A stretch of 64,000 nt of DNA from an uncultured Pseudomonadales bacterium (GCA_964598145.1 CAZRAM010000010.1:3824-67823); one strand, 5' to 3'. Shown: positions 51,609 to 61,871, counted from the first letter of the stretch. Translations and numbers: made by a program. The notes: generated by a model from the letters alone, not told the origin.

Positions 51609-52286
51609 CTAGTGCCCCGATGCCGGCGTGCGGGCTAAGCATAACACGCTAATTTGTTCGCTTCCTCGTTGTTTTAATTGTTGCGCGACCGCGCAGACGG
51701 TAGCGCCAGTTGTGACCACGTCGTCGACGATGACGCAGTGCTTGGGGGCTGGGTCAGGAAAGTGAAACACGCCGCGCATATTCTGGCGGCGCTGGGCGGC
51801 GTTCAAGGACTTTTGCGCTGCGTGGGTGCGCGTCGCAACAAGGCGGCGGTCGACCGTTAAGCCGCTGTGCAGAGCGATACTATCGGCGAGTTGCTGAGCT
51901 TGGTTGAAGCCGCGCTGCCGCAGATCCTGCGGATGCATCGCCACAGGAACAAGCGTTGTGCCTTGTAACTGCAATAGAGCGTCTTCCGACAGGCTGTTGA
52001 GCATCAATCTTGCCAGTTTCGCGCCCAGTACTTCATCGCCGTGTTGCTTGTAGCGGAGGAGCATATGGTCGATGGGGTAGTCGTAGCGAAAGCTAGCCAC
52101 AGCGAATTCAAAGGGCGGAGGCGCCTGTGAACACGCCGCGCAGTCGCTCGAATACGGATCGGAGATGGGGAGTGCGCAGCGTTGGCAGGCGCGGTGATTC
52201 CATGGCATATCGGCCAAGCATTGCTGGCAAAAGTCCTCGCCGCTGGCCGCGGCTGCATGGCATAGAAAACAAGGGGAATAGGCCAT
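51609..52286 (-). CDS. comF: ComF-family competence protein
   Basis: Double zinc ribbon (CxxC x4), RGFNQA, IVDDVVTTGAT PRT motif. Confidence 0.9.
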   Translation of the reverse strand: MAYSPCFLCHAAAASGEDFCQQCLADMPWNHRACQRCALPISDPYSSDCAACSQAPPPFEFAVASFRYDYPIDHMLLRYKQHGDEVLGAKLARLMLNSLSEDALLQLQGTTLVPVAMHPQDLRQRGFNQAQQLADSIALHSGLTVDRRLVATRTHAAQKSLNAAQRRQNMRGVFHFPDPAPKHCVIVDDVVTTGATVCAVAQQLKQRGSEQISVLCLARTPASGH

Positions 52287-52408
52287 GTCACTCGCTTTGA
52301 TGGTTTTTTGGAAAATTTACCGCACACTGGTGGCGTTGAATATCGGCACGTGGAACAGCGGAACCTTGAGCCAGTTCACAGAATTCAGAGTGGCTTTAGG
52401 ATAAGTTA

Positions 52409-52435
52409 GAACCTTGTCACGCAGTCGTTGTCAAA
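52409..52435 (+). promoter_or_regulatory. Possible sigmaE (RpoE/AlgU)-type promoter
   Basis: GAACCT-N16-TCAAA just upstream of the AGGAGG RBS. Confidence 0.35.
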
Positions 52436-52451
52436 ACTGCAGGAGGCGACA

Positions 52452-52688
52452 ATGGTAGTAGGTGGATCAATCCTTAGCACGGGACTGCAAGGAATACAGA
52501 AAGGACTCCAGCAAGCCAGCAAGGCGGCGGATCAAGTGGCGAAGGCGTCGACGGTAGATGTCGGCGAGGCTGATTTAACCGGCGCCGCAGTGGATTTAAT
52601 GCAAGCCAAGCTGCAGGTGCAGGCCTCGGTTATGGTGGCCAAACGCGCCGAGGAAATGCTCGGCACACTGATCGATACCCAGGCTTAA
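52452..52688 (+). CDS. Small protein resembling the flagellar basal-body rod C-terminal domain
   Basis: GLQGIQKG...DLTGAAVDLMQAKLQVQASVMVAKRAEEMLGTLID; AGGAGG RBS. Confidence 0.65.
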   Translation: MVVGGSILSTGLQGIQKGLQQASKAADQVAKASTVDVGEADLTGAAVDLMQAKLQVQASVMVAKRAEEMLGTLIDTQA

Positions 52689-52705
52689 CGTCTTACAGTT
52701 CTCCC

Positions 52706-52732
52706 TCAAACAATGCTCGTCTCTGCCGATGA
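52706..52732 (+). promoter_or_regulatory. Probable sigma28 (FliA) promoter
   Basis: TCAA-N15-GCCGATGA, 30 bp upstream of the 52762 ATG. Confidence 0.5.
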
Positions 52733-52761
52733 TTTGGGTAATCCATTAGCGGTGGTGACGT

Positions 52762-53172
52762 ATGGCAATTAATCCAACAGGCCCCATTTCGACACCCATC
52801 CTCACCTATGCCACACCTGCCCAGCGCAAGGCGGTTGGTCAAGAAAACGAGGAGGACAAGGCACGTCCGCTACCCCCGGTCGAAGAGGGGCAGCAGAGTG
52901 AAGCGAGTGCCAATCGTCGCCGCGACCCCAATCGCATAGAAGATGAATTACCAGACGAGGGTGCACCAAAACAACAGGCGACGAGTGTCGCGGTTGAGGA
53001 GCAAGCTGAGGATCAGCTTGAAGCACCCTCCCAGGACCATCATTCGCGATCGTTCTCCACATCAAACACCGCCCCATTTCCCTCTTTGGCAAGCCCTGAG
53101 GTAGCGATCGACGATCTACTCGATTTAGCCGCCAAAGGCTTGAAATACAAAGATTCCGATGGCGTCAAATGA
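52762..53172 (+). CDS. Hypothetical acidic low-complexity protein
   Basis: 136 aa ORF behind the sigma28-like promoter. Confidence 0.6.
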   Translation: MAINPTGPISTPILTYATPAQRKAVGQENEEDKARPLPPVEEGQQSEASANRRRDPNRIEDELPDEGAPKQQATSVAVEEQAEDQLEAPSQDHHSRSFSTSNTAPFPSLASPEVAIDDLLDLAAKGLKYKDSDGVK

Positions 53173-53262
53173 CTCCTAAAAGTCGATATTGAACCTTAGT
53201 ACTTGTGCGTAATTAGATTACTTTTTCAGCTCGATTAAATTTTTTTACTTGGAGTACGACCC

Positions 53263-55053
53263 ATGCCTGATTATCACGCCCCCTTACGCGACATGCGCTT
53301 CGTCATGAATGAAGTATTGAATGTCGAACAGGCTTTTGCCGACTTGGGCTACGAAGATTGCGGCAGCGACACCATCGATGCGGTGTTGGACGAAGCTGCC
53401 AAGTTCTGTGAAAACGTCTTGTCGCCGCTCAACCAATCCGGTGACCGGGAAGGCTGCCAATGGAGCGAAGACGGCGTCACCACCCCCGCTGGTTTCCGCG
53501 ACGCCTACCAACAGTTCGTTGAAAATGGCTGGGCGTCGATTTCTGGACCCGCCGAATACGGCGGTATGGGCTTGCCCAATACCTTGGCCTTAGCGGTGTC
53601 TGAAATGGCGTCAACCGCCAACTGGTCTTGGAGCATGTACCCTGGCTTGAGTAAGGGCTGTAGCAACACCATTTTTGCGCACGGGACCCAGCAGCAAAAA
53701 GATATCTATTTACCCAAGCTCGTTTCTGGTGAGTGGACCGGCACCATGTGTCTCACCGAACCACACTGTGGTTCAGATCTGGGCATGTTGCGCACCAAGG
53801 CTGAGCCCCGTCGCGATGGCACCTTTGCTATTACCGGCACCAAGATTTTTATCTCTGCCGGCGAGCACGACATGTCCGACAATATTATTCACATTGTGTT
53901 GGCGCGATTGCCCGATGCCCCCAAAGGGACCAAGGGCATCTCGTTGTTCATCGTGCCAAAATTTTTGCCCAACGACCGAGGCGAGGCGGGTGAGCGCAAC
54001 GCGGTGAGCTGTGGTTCTATTGAGCACAAAATGGGTATCAAGGCGTCGGCGACCTGCGTGATGAATTTTGACGGCGCGACCGGGTTCTTGATTGGCCCTG
54101 AAAATCGCGGCCTGAACTGTATGTTCACCTTTATGAACATGGCTCGCTTGGGTACGGCCATGCAAGGACTAACGTCGACTGAGTTGAGCTACCAAGGCGC
54201 GCTGAAATACGCCAAAGAACGCCTGCAGATGCGCTCGCTAAGCGGCCCTAAAAACGCCAGCGGCCCCGCTGATCCGATTATTGTGCACCCCGATGTGCGC
54301 CGCATGCTGCTCACCCAAAAAGCCTTTGGCGAAGGTGGTCGCATGTTGTTCTATTGGTTGGGGCTGATGGAAGATCAAATGCACAAGGCAGACAACGAGG
54401 TCGAGCGCAAAGCGTTAGATGACTTGATGGGTTTCATGACTCCCATCGCCAAGGCGTTTATGACCGAGACCAGTATTGAGACCACTAACCTCGGCATGCA
54501 GATTTACGGCGGTCACGGCTATGTAGCTGAGTGGGGCATGGAACAGGTGGTGCGCGATGCGCGCATCGGTACCATTTACGAAGGCACCACCGGTATTCAA
54601 GCGATCGATTTGCTAGGTCGCAAAGTACTAGCGAGCCGTGGTGATCTGCTGCGTCGCTTCACCAAGATTGTTGAGGCGTTTTGTAAAGATAACGCCGACA
54701 ACGCCGCGGTGGCTCCCTATATTGCCACGCTTAGCAAACTATTGCACAAGTGGGGCGAGGTGACCATGGAGCTGGGCATGAAATCTATGCAAAACCCTGA
54801 AGAGGCGGGGGCAGCGTCGGTCGATTATCTGATGTACTCGGGTTACGTGGTGTTTGGCTTTATGTGGGCGCGCATGGCGTTGGTAGCTGACAATGCCATT
54901 AAAAATGGCAGCGATGATGGCTTCTATAAGGCCAAGTTGCATACCGCCCGCTTCTACTTTGAGCGCATCTTGCCTCGCACCGAAGCCCACTTGCGATCGA
55001 TGCGCAGCGGCGCAGGTAACTTGATGGATCTGGACGCCGAATTATTTGCCTAA
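53263..55053 (+). CDS. Acyl-CoA dehydrogenase (long, C-terminal domain type)
   Basis: GTMCLTEPHCGSDLG, ITGTKIFIS, EHKMGI, QIYGGHGY, IYEGTTGIQ. Confidence 0.92.
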   Translation: MPDYHAPLRDMRFVMNEVLNVEQAFADLGYEDCGSDTIDAVLDEAAKFCENVLSPLNQSGDREGCQWSEDGVTTPAGFRDAYQQFVENGWASISGPAEYGGMGLPNTLALAVSEMASTANWSWSMYPGLSKGCSNTIFAHGTQQQKDIYLPKLVSGEWTGTMCLTEPHCGSDLGMLRTKAEPRRDGTFAITGTKIFISAGEHDMSDNIIHIVLARLPDAPKGTKGISLFIVPKFLPNDRGEAGERNAVSCGSIEHKMGIKASATCVMNFDGATGFLIGPENRGLNCMFTFMNMARLGTAMQGLTSTELSYQGALKYAKERLQMRSLSGPKNASGPADPIIVHPDVRRMLLTQKAFGEGGRMLFYWLGLMEDQMHKADNEVERKALDDLMGFMTPIAKAFMTETSIETTNLGMQIYGGHGYVAEWGMEQVVRDARIGTIYEGTTGIQAIDLLGRKVLASRGDLLRRFTKIVEAFCKDNADNAAVAPYIATLSKLLHKWGEVTMELGMKSMQNPEEAGAASVDYLMYSGYVVFGFMWARMALVADNAIKNGSDDGFYKAKLHTARFYFERILPRTEAHLRSMRSGAGNLMDLDAELFA

Positions 55054-55132
55054 AATCATCCCCGCCACCGTGCGGGGTTGCTGATTTTTCCTGCAAATTT
55101 TTGTATATTAGCCGCCTGTTATGGAGGCACGT

Positions 55133-55321
55133 ATGTCTGACAATCAAGAACGCGTATTATCTGACGAAGACCAAGCGAAGGTAGATAAATATCTGCAAAG
55201 TGGCTACAACGAAACAGATCGCAAGCCATTCAAGCCAATTAAGCTGATGTTTGTACTGTACGCGATTGTTGTTGCTCTAAGTGTTATGAGCTTGTGGTTG
55301 GCCACTTTCGCTAATCACTAG
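55133..55321 (+). CDS. DUF3094-like small membrane protein
   Basis: LSDEDQAKVDKYLQSGYNETDRKPFKP plus one TM segment. Confidence 0.65.
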   Translation: MSDNQERVLSDEDQAKVDKYLQSGYNETDRKPFKPIKLMFVLYAIVVALSVMSLWLATFANH

Positions 55322-55377
55322 CGTTCAAGTGTTGACTGACCTCCTGATTCTGCGAGTTAGCCACCTACCTTCGCTAG

Positions 55378-56844
55378 GTGGTCATCAACTTGATTAATTT
55401 AAAAGCCCACGGTTTCCTGCTCGCCTTTGTGTTCGCCCTTATGGGCTTTGTGCAGAGCGTCTTTGCACTCCTTTCTCTGTTCCTGTTTCACGACGATGTC
55501 AGTCAGTCTTTTGCCCCCTCCGGCTTGAGCTTAATGCTGTTGGCGTTGTTGCTCGGTATCACCTGCCATCGTTTCGATAGGCAAGGTATTACCCATCGCG
55601 ACGCGTTTTTATTTGCAGTGTTAACCTGGTTTAGCCTAGGGCTGATGGGATCGTTACCGGTGATTGCGGTGACAGGGATCAGCTTTACCGACGCGGTTTT
55701 TGAATCGATTAGCGCCATCACCACAACCGGCGCCACCGTGCTGAGTGGACTCGATGGTATGCCCAAGACCTTCCTCATGTACCGCCAGTTTTTGCAGTGG
55801 CTGGGCGGTCTGGGGGTGGTGATCTTTGTGGTGGCGGTGCTTCCCATGCTCAACGTGGGGGGGATGGTACTTCTGAAAGCAGAAACGCCCGGCCCCATGA
55901 AGGACGAAAAGCTGGCGCCACGCATCACCAAAACGGCACACTACTTGTGGCTGGTATACCTGTCGATTACTGCGCTTTGTGCCCTCGCGTATTACGTGGC
56001 AGGGATGGATGCCTTTGACGCCATTGCACACAGCTTAACCACCGTATCGACGGGGGGATTTTCTACCCACGATGCCAGCATGGGCTTTTTCGATAGCAAC
56101 GCTGTGCTGTGGGTGGCGAATCTTTTCATGCTGTTGGGGGCGATCAGTTTTACCCTGCATTTTCGCGTCGCCAGTCAGAAAAGCCTTTGGTTGTATTGGC
56201 GCGATGAAGAGACGCGTTGGTTTGTCCTGATCATTGCGCTGCTATCGGTGATCATCACCTGGGTGTTGCTGCATAGCCAGCACTATGATCACCACTACAC
56301 CGCGCTCAATCACGCCATTTTTATCATGATCTCCTTCATCACCAGTACCGGCTACGGTGCCTTTGGGGTGAGTGATTGGCCGGTGATGGCGCTGCTGGTG
56401 TTACTGGTCGCGGGTTATATGGGCGGCTGCGCGGGTTCCACCGCGGGCGGCAATAAGATCATTCGCTTGTTGCTGGCTTGTCGACTGGTGATCATGGAGA
56501 TGAAACAGTTGATCTACCCCCGAGGCGTATTTTCTGCCAAGTACCACGGTCAGCCTGTCGATGCGCCGGTGCTGAGCGCCACTATCGCCTTTATTTCCAT
56601 TGTGGGTATGAGCAGTGGGGTGCTCACTGTGGCGCTTATGCTCACCGGATTAGATTTTTGGACCGCGCTGAGTGCGGTCACCGCCTGCGTGAATGTGCTC
56701 GGCCCGGGGTTTGGTGAGTTGGGCAATAACTTTCAACCGGTGAGCGACACCGGTATCTGGATACTCAACTTGGCCATGATCATGGGGCGACTGGAATACC
56801 TCACCCTGCTGGTGCTGTTCCTGCCCGGCTTTTGGCGCAAGTAG
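55378..56844 (+). CDS. trkH: TrkH-family potassium uptake protein
   Basis: FESISAITTTGAT, QWLGGLG, VSTGGFS, GGCAGSTAGG, GRLE. Confidence 0.92.
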   Translation: MVINLINLKAHGFLLAFVFALMGFVQSVFALLSLFLFHDDVSQSFAPSGLSLMLLALLLGITCHRFDRQGITHRDAFLFAVLTWFSLGLMGSLPVIAVTGISFTDAVFESISAITTTGATVLSGLDGMPKTFLMYRQFLQWLGGLGVVIFVVAVLPMLNVGGMVLLKAETPGPMKDEKLAPRITKTAHYLWLVYLSITALCALAYYVAGMDAFDAIAHSLTTVSTGGFSTHDASMGFFDSNAVLWVANLFMLLGAISFTLHFRVASQKSLWLYWRDEETRWFVLIIALLSVIITWVLLHSQHYDHHYTALNHAIFIMISFITSTGYGAFGVSDWPVMALLVLLVAGYMGGCAGSTAGGNKIIRLLLACRLVIMEMKQLIYPRGVFSAKYHGQPVDAPVLSATIAFISIVGMSSGVLTVALMLTGLDFWTALSAVTACVNVLGPGFGELGNNFQPVSDTGIWILNLAMIMGRLEYLTLLVLFLPGFWRK

Positions 56845-57474
56845 CTAGTTAGCGTCGGGTTGATTGCCGGGTGCGGCATCCTGAAAGGCGTCGAGGGTGT
56901 TGCAGTGTTGGTAGAGCGCAGCTAGCTTGGGATAGGGCGTCATGTCGACGTCGAAACGCAGGGCGTTAAAGACCTGGGGTACCAGGTAAACATCTGCCAT
57001 GCTCAGTTGTTCACCCATGGCGAAGGGGCCGTCCGCAAGCAGCGCTTCAATGGCGGTAAACCCCTCGATCACCCAGTGCTGATACCAGCCCTTTTTTTGC
57101 GCTTCGTCGGCGCCCAGTTCACTTTGCAGATACTTGAGTACGCGCAGGTTGTTAATCGGGTGGATGTCACACGCCACCATGTTACACAGCGCTCGCGTTC
57201 GGGCGCGAGCGATAGCATCGCCGGGATAGAGGGAGGGAGTGTGGTAGCTTTCTTCCAGCCATTCTAGGATGGCGGTGGATTGCATCAATGCGCTGCCGTC
57301 TTCCAGTACTAGCGCGGGCACCAGCCCTTGTGGCTGAATGGCACGGTAGGCATCTCCGAGTTGTTCGCTGTGCAATAAATTGACCGGTACATGCTGGTAG
57401 TTCACGCCCTTGAGATTGAGAGCGATGCGCACGCGGTAGGCCGCGGAACTGCGAAAATAGCTGTATAGCTGCAT
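56845..57474 (-). CDS. maiA: Maleylacetoacetate isomerase (zeta-class GST)
   Basis: YFRSSAAYRVRIAL, QSTAILEWL, DIHPINNLRVL. Confidence 0.93.
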   Translation of the reverse strand: MQLYSYFRSSAAYRVRIALNLKGVNYQHVPVNLLHSEQLGDAYRAIQPQGLVPALVLEDGSALMQSTAILEWLEESYHTPSLYPGDAIARARTRALCNMVACDIHPINNLRVLKYLQSELGADEAQKKGWYQHWVIEGFTAIEALLADGPFAMGEQLSMADVYLVPQVFNALRFDVDMTPYPKLAALYQHCNTLDAFQDAAPGNQPDAN

Positions 57475-57476
57475 AC

Positions 57477-58031
57477 TTATGCCTCGTCTTGAAATGCTTT
57501 TTCATGCATCCAAGCGGCGTGTTTGGGCGCGCGCTTGGTTTGCGACCACTCCTCTAGCATGTCCCACTTTACCTCATCTAAGCGGCGCAGTTTCTCATCG
57601 ACATCCGGGTCAGGCGCGGCGAGCTCTAAGCGGTGACCATTGGGGTCAAAAAAGTAGATTGAATGAAACAGCGAGTGGTCCACCACGCCGAGCACCTCGA
57701 TGCCGGCGGCTTCAAGCGATGCTTTGTAGCCTAGCAGGGTATCCATATCTGGCACCTTAAACGCGATGTGCTGCACCCACTCGGGGGTGTTTTGGTCGCG
57801 GTCCATCGGCGGCTGTGTGGGCAGTTCAAAAAAGGCCAGCACGTTGTCGTTGCCGGCGTCTAAAAAGACGTGCATGTAGGGGTCGGGCGCTTTGGTCGAG
57901 GGCACTCGATCCTCGGCGATGGCCAACACAAAATCCATATTGAGGTGTTTGCAGTACCACTCGACGGTTTGTTTAGCATCACGGCAGCGATAGGCGACGT
58001 GGTGGATGCGGTCGATTTTCAAGGCGGTCAT
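57477..58031 (-). CDS. VOC (glyoxalase/dioxygenase) family protein
   Basis: IHHVAYRC, YMHVF, LAFFE, VQHIAF, SIYFFDPNGHRLEL. Confidence 0.85.
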   Translation of the reverse strand: MTALKIDRIHHVAYRCRDAKQTVEWYCKHLNMDFVLAIAEDRVPSTKAPDPYMHVFLDAGNDNVLAFFELPTQPPMDRDQNTPEWVQHIAFKVPDMDTLLGYKASLEAAGIEVLGVVDHSLFHSIYFFDPNGHRLELAAPDPDVDEKLRRLDEVKWDMLEEWSQTKRAPKHAAWMHEKAFQDEA

Positions 58032-58043
58032 GGCATTCTCCCG

Positions 58044-59360
58044 TTAGTGTTCAAGGGCGGGTAGGACCGTCGCGGTCACTTCGCCGAAGCCAATGCGGCG
58101 GGCACCGTCGCGCTGGCAGTAACCGCGCAAGATGACGCTGTCGCCGTCCTCTAAAAACGTGCGCTGCTCGCCGTTGGCCAGTGTGATAGCCTGCTTGCCG
58201 CCCTGAGAAAGCTCAATGAGCGACCCGCCCTGTGCCGGCTCGGGGCCCGACATGGTGCCACTGCCAAACAAATCACCGGCCTGCAGGTTGCAACCATTAA
58301 TGGTGTGGTGGGTAACCATCTGCGCCACTGTCCAATAAGCATCCGCAAAATTCGACCGCGACAAACGCTCGGGAGATTGGCCATGCTTGGCCATTTTTTC
58401 AGTCAATAGCAGCGCTTCAAGATGCATATCGATGGCGCCCTTAGCGTCATTTTCGGCCGAGCACAAATACGGCAGCGGCTGTGGGTCATCGGAGGCGCGA
58501 GTAAAGGCCTGGCGGAAGGGGGCAAGTGCTTCCATGGTGACCAACCAAGGTGAAATGGTCGAAGCAAAGTTCTTGGCCAAAAACGGACCGAGCGGTTGGT
58601 ATTCCCAGCCTTGAATATCGCGCGCCGACCAGTCGTTGAAGAGGCATATACCGAACACGTGGTCCTCGGCTTGCGCCATGCTGATGCGTTCACCTAGAGC
58701 GTTACCTGCGCCGATGAAAATACCCACTTCCAGCTCGTAGTCGAGGCGACGACAAGGCGCAACCACTGGCGTGTCAGCATCGGGTGCTTTAAGTTGCCCT
58801 ACCGGGCGGTGGAAACGCTGCCCCGAGACGTAAATGGAGGATGCGCGGCCGTGGTAGGCAATCGGCACCCATTTGTAGTTGGGGAGTAGTGGATTGTCGG
58901 GGCGGAATAGAGCGCCGATGGTCGTGGCGTGGTGCACCGAGGCATAGAAATCGGTGTAGTCGCCGATGTGGCATGGCAGGTGGTATTCGGCGTCTGACTG
59001 CGCGACCAGACAGGGCTCTAGTAATGATTGATGGTCGCTGCCGCGGCGCAGCGCGCGAGAAAGTGCCAGTCGCAGGGCTAACCAAGCGGCTTTGCCCATC
59101 GCCATAAAGTCATTCAATTGATCGCGACGCGCTGCTTCCAGCGCCTCTGCGGCCAAACCATTAAAGGGAACTAGCGTGTGCAGCGCCGCCAGATCGACAA
59201 TGTCCTCGCCAATAGCCACACCACCGCGCCAGGCCTCGTCGCTGCCCGCCCGTCGGAACACGGCAAACGGCAGGTTCTGAATCGGGAAGTCGCTGGTCTC
59301 GTCGTTGGCGCTCTCAACCCAACTCGTCAGCGAGCTGTCGTGCGTTTCATTCAATGCCAT
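58044..59360 (-). CDS. fahA: Fumarylacetoacetase
   Basis: FPIQNLPF, DYTDFY, YHGRASS, LDYELE, NDWSARDIQ, GPFLAKNF. Confidence 0.93.
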   Translation of the reverse strand: MALNETHDSSLTSWVESANDETSDFPIQNLPFAVFRRAGSDEAWRGGVAIGEDIVDLAALHTLVPFNGLAAEALEAARRDQLNDFMAMGKAAWLALRLALSRALRRGSDHQSLLEPCLVAQSDAEYHLPCHIGDYTDFYASVHHATTIGALFRPDNPLLPNYKWVPIAYHGRASSIYVSGQRFHRPVGQLKAPDADTPVVAPCRRLDYELEVGIFIGAGNALGERISMAQAEDHVFGICLFNDWSARDIQGWEYQPLGPFLAKNFASTISPWLVTMEALAPFRQAFTRASDDPQPLPYLCSAENDAKGAIDMHLEALLLTEKMAKHGQSPERLSRSNFADAYWTVAQMVTHHTINGCNLQAGDLFGSGTMSGPEPAQGGSLIELSQGGKQAITLANGEQRTFLEDGDSVILRGYCQRDGARRIGFGEVTATVLPALEH

Positions 59361-59393
59361 ATCACTTCTCCTGGTTGTGTTGAGTGTAGTTGA

Positions 59394-60473
59394 TTAAACC
59401 GCTTTGGCATCGAGCACGCCGCGGGCGATCTGGTCGCGTTCGATCGATTCAAATAGCGCTTTAAAGTTGCCTTCGCCAAATCCTTCATCGCCTTTGCGCT
59501 GGATAAATTCAAAGAAAATCGGTCCGATCATAGTTTCTGAAAAAATTTGCAGCAGCAGGCGCGGTTGGCCACCCTCGGTGGAGCCATCTAACAGAATGCC
59601 GCGCTCTTGCAGTGCAGCGACATCTTGGCCGTGGTTGGGGAGTCGCTCTGCCAGCATGTCGTAATAGGTGTCGGGTGGCGGGGTCATAAACTTAGTGCCG
59701 CGCTCACGCAGTTTGTCCATGCAGCCGATCAGATCGTCGCAAATAAAAGCGACGTGTTGGATGCCCTCGCCGTTGTAGGCCATCAAAAACTCTTCGATCT
59801 GGCCGTTGCCACCCGCTTCTTCGTTGAGGGGAATGCGAATCTTGCCGTCGGGGGCGGTCATGGCGCGCGAGGTCAGACCGGTGTATTCGCCCTTGATGTC
59901 AAAGAAGCGAATTTCGCGGAAGTTAAATAACTTTTCGTAGTAGTCCGCCCAGTATTTCATGCGGCCTTTATAGACGTTGTGGGTCAGGTGATCGATGACG
60001 TTGAAGCCACAGCCGACGGGGAATTTGTCAACGCCGGGTAGGTATTCAAAGTCGATGTCGTAAATCGTCGCGCCTTCGCTGTAGCGGTCGATGAGGTACA
60101 AGATGGCGCCGCCGATGCCGCGAATGGCGGGAAGTTTTAATTCCATGGGACCGCAGGGCACATCGATAGGTTGGGCGCCGCGGGCCAACAACTCGTTGTA
60201 GGCTTTGCGGGCATCGCGCACCCTAAAGCCCATCCCACAGGCCGATGGACCGTGCTCGCTCGAATAGTACCAAGCGGGGGATTTGGCTTCATAGTTGAGG
60301 ATGATATTGATATCTCCCTGGCGCCATAGATCGACATTCTTGGAGCGGTGGCTTGCTACGTGGGTGAAGCCCATGGTGTCGAAGACAGGTTCCAAAACGC
60401 CTTTTACTGGCGCAGAAAACTCGATGAATTCAAATCCGTCCAGGCCGATGGGATTGTCGAAAAGGTCTGCCAT
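59394..60473 (-). CDS. hppD: 4-hydroxyphenylpyruvate dioxygenase
   Basis: [35 protein letters not shown]; start taken at MADLF. Confidence 0.95.
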   Translation of the reverse strand: MADLFDNPIGLDGFEFIEFSAPVKGVLEPVFDTMGFTHVASHRSKNVDLWRQGDINIILNYEAKSPAWYYSSEHGPSACGMGFRVRDARKAYNELLARGAQPIDVPCGPMELKLPAIRGIGGAILYLIDRYSEGATIYDIDFEYLPGVDKFPVGCGFNVIDHLTHNVYKGRMKYWADYYEKLFNFREIRFFDIKGEYTGLTSRAMTAPDGKIRIPLNEEAGGNGQIEEFLMAYNGEGIQHVAFICDDLIGCMDKLRERGTKFMTPPPDTYYDMLAERLPNHGQDVAALQERGILLDGSTEGGQPRLLLQIFSETMIGPIFFEFIQRKGDEGFGEGNFKALFESIERDQIARGVLDAKAV

Positions 60474-60624
60474 ATTATCCTCCAAATTGTCGCCTTGTGA
60501 GCTCATGTGTTACTACCAATTTAGTGCAAAATATGCGCAATTTTTCTTCTATCGCGCCTAGTTTGGTTGGTAATTGGGCAATAAAGCGTCTATTTTTTGG
60601 TAAATGTGAAGGAATCTATCGATT

Positions 60625-61086
60625 ATGAAATTGGATAAATCAGAGCGACAAATACTGCGTATTCTGCAGCGTGAAGGGCGCCTGTCTAATGTAGAAATTG
60701 CCCAGCGGGTTGGGCTGTCGGAATCGCCTTGTCTGCGGCGGGTAAAAGCGCTCGAGCAATCGGGAGTGATCGACTTTTACGCTGCCAAGCTCAACCAGCG
60801 TTTGTTAGGCTTGCAGGTCACCGCGTTTGTATTGGTGACGCTGGAGAAAAACGACGAGCAAAAGCGGCAGCGATTTTTGCAGCAGGTGGCCGACGAGGAC
60901 TTCATTGTCGAATGTCACACCATGACCGGCGCCTACGACTACCTGATGAAGGTGGTGGCCACCAGCATGGATCACTTTTCTGACCTGTGTATGAACCGCA
61001 TCCTCAAGTTTGCCGGTGTCAACAATATCGAATCGCAGTTCAGTTTACAGGTGGTAAAAGAAAACGCCGGGCTGCCGGTGGTTTGA
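60625..61086 (+). CDS. Lrp/AsnC-family regulator divergent from hppD
   Basis: VGLSESPCLRRVKALE HTH; TGAYDYL. Confidence 0.9.
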   Translation: MKLDKSERQILRILQREGRLSNVEIAQRVGLSESPCLRRVKALEQSGVIDFYAAKLNQRLLGLQVTAFVLVTLEKNDEQKRQRFLQQVADEDFIVECHTMTGAYDYLMKVVATSMDHFSDLCMNRILKFAGVNNIESQFSLQVVKENAGLPVV

Positions 61087-61098
61087 TTTACCCGCAGA

Positions 61099-61866
61099 CT
61101 AAAAATTGTCGCTGTCGGTAAGGATGATTCGCACCCCTTCGTTGGCACGGAATTGGGCTAGTAGCTGTGGGTCGTCGACCGTAAACAACAGTAGCGGAAT
61201 GCCCGCCAAGCCTTGCTCTAAGCGTGTATCAAAATTGACGTAATCCATCGAAATGGCGTTAAACGCGCCCCACAGGTAGAGCAGTTTTACCTTATAAAGG
61301 GTTGTAAAATAGCGTATTGCAGATGTATCGGCTGAAAGGTTTAGCCAGTAAGAGGCATGGAATCCGGCCTTTTGTACATCGCGGCCGCGGTAGGCGTTTT
61401 CGGATTCCACCACGCTTCTAGCAGCGATGTTGTAACGCTGGTCGAGCGCATGTAATCGTTGCATGGCCTGCGTCACTTCCGACGCACTTAAGAACATCAA
61501 ATTCTTGAAATCGAACCAAAAGGTGAAGTCTTCTGGCATGGCGTTTAGCACGTCACTCAGCATGACCAACTGGCCGTCGACGCGGTGGTAGGGATGGTCA
61601 TGCGATACCACGTAACCCCCAAGCGCGACATCGAAGAAGATATCCATCTCACTGCCAGGGGCGCCATGCTCTAGAGCGGCTTGAAAGGCCGCCAAAGAGT
61701 TTTCCGGAGCATTTTCGAAATAGCCGCGGTGCGCCCACACTTTGCGATCTGACGAGTAAAAAAAGCCCTCTTGTTCGGCCTTCATCCCAACGGCAACATC
61801 TATACCCCATATGGTGCTAATGGCGCCGATCGCAAGCAACAAGAGTGTGGCAAAAACAGTTCGCAT
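61099..61866 (-). CDS. Glycerophosphodiester phosphodiesterase-like protein
   Basis: N-terminal anchor, WAHRG, ENSLAAF, EMDI, VSHD, FTVDD, ILTD. Confidence 0.75.
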   Translation of the reverse strand: MRTVFATLLLLAIGAISTIWGIDVAVGMKAEQEGFFYSSDRKVWAHRGYFENAPENSLAAFQAALEHGAPGSEMDIFFDVALGGYVVSHDHPYHRVDGQLVMLSDVLNAMPEDFTFWFDFKNLMFLSASEVTQAMQRLHALDQRYNIAARSVVESENAYRGRDVQKAGFHASYWLNLSADTSAIRYFTTLYKVKLLYLWGAFNAISMDYVNFDTRLEQGLAGIPLLLFTVDDPQLLAQFRANEGVRIILTDSDNF

Positions 61867-61871
61867 ACGGT

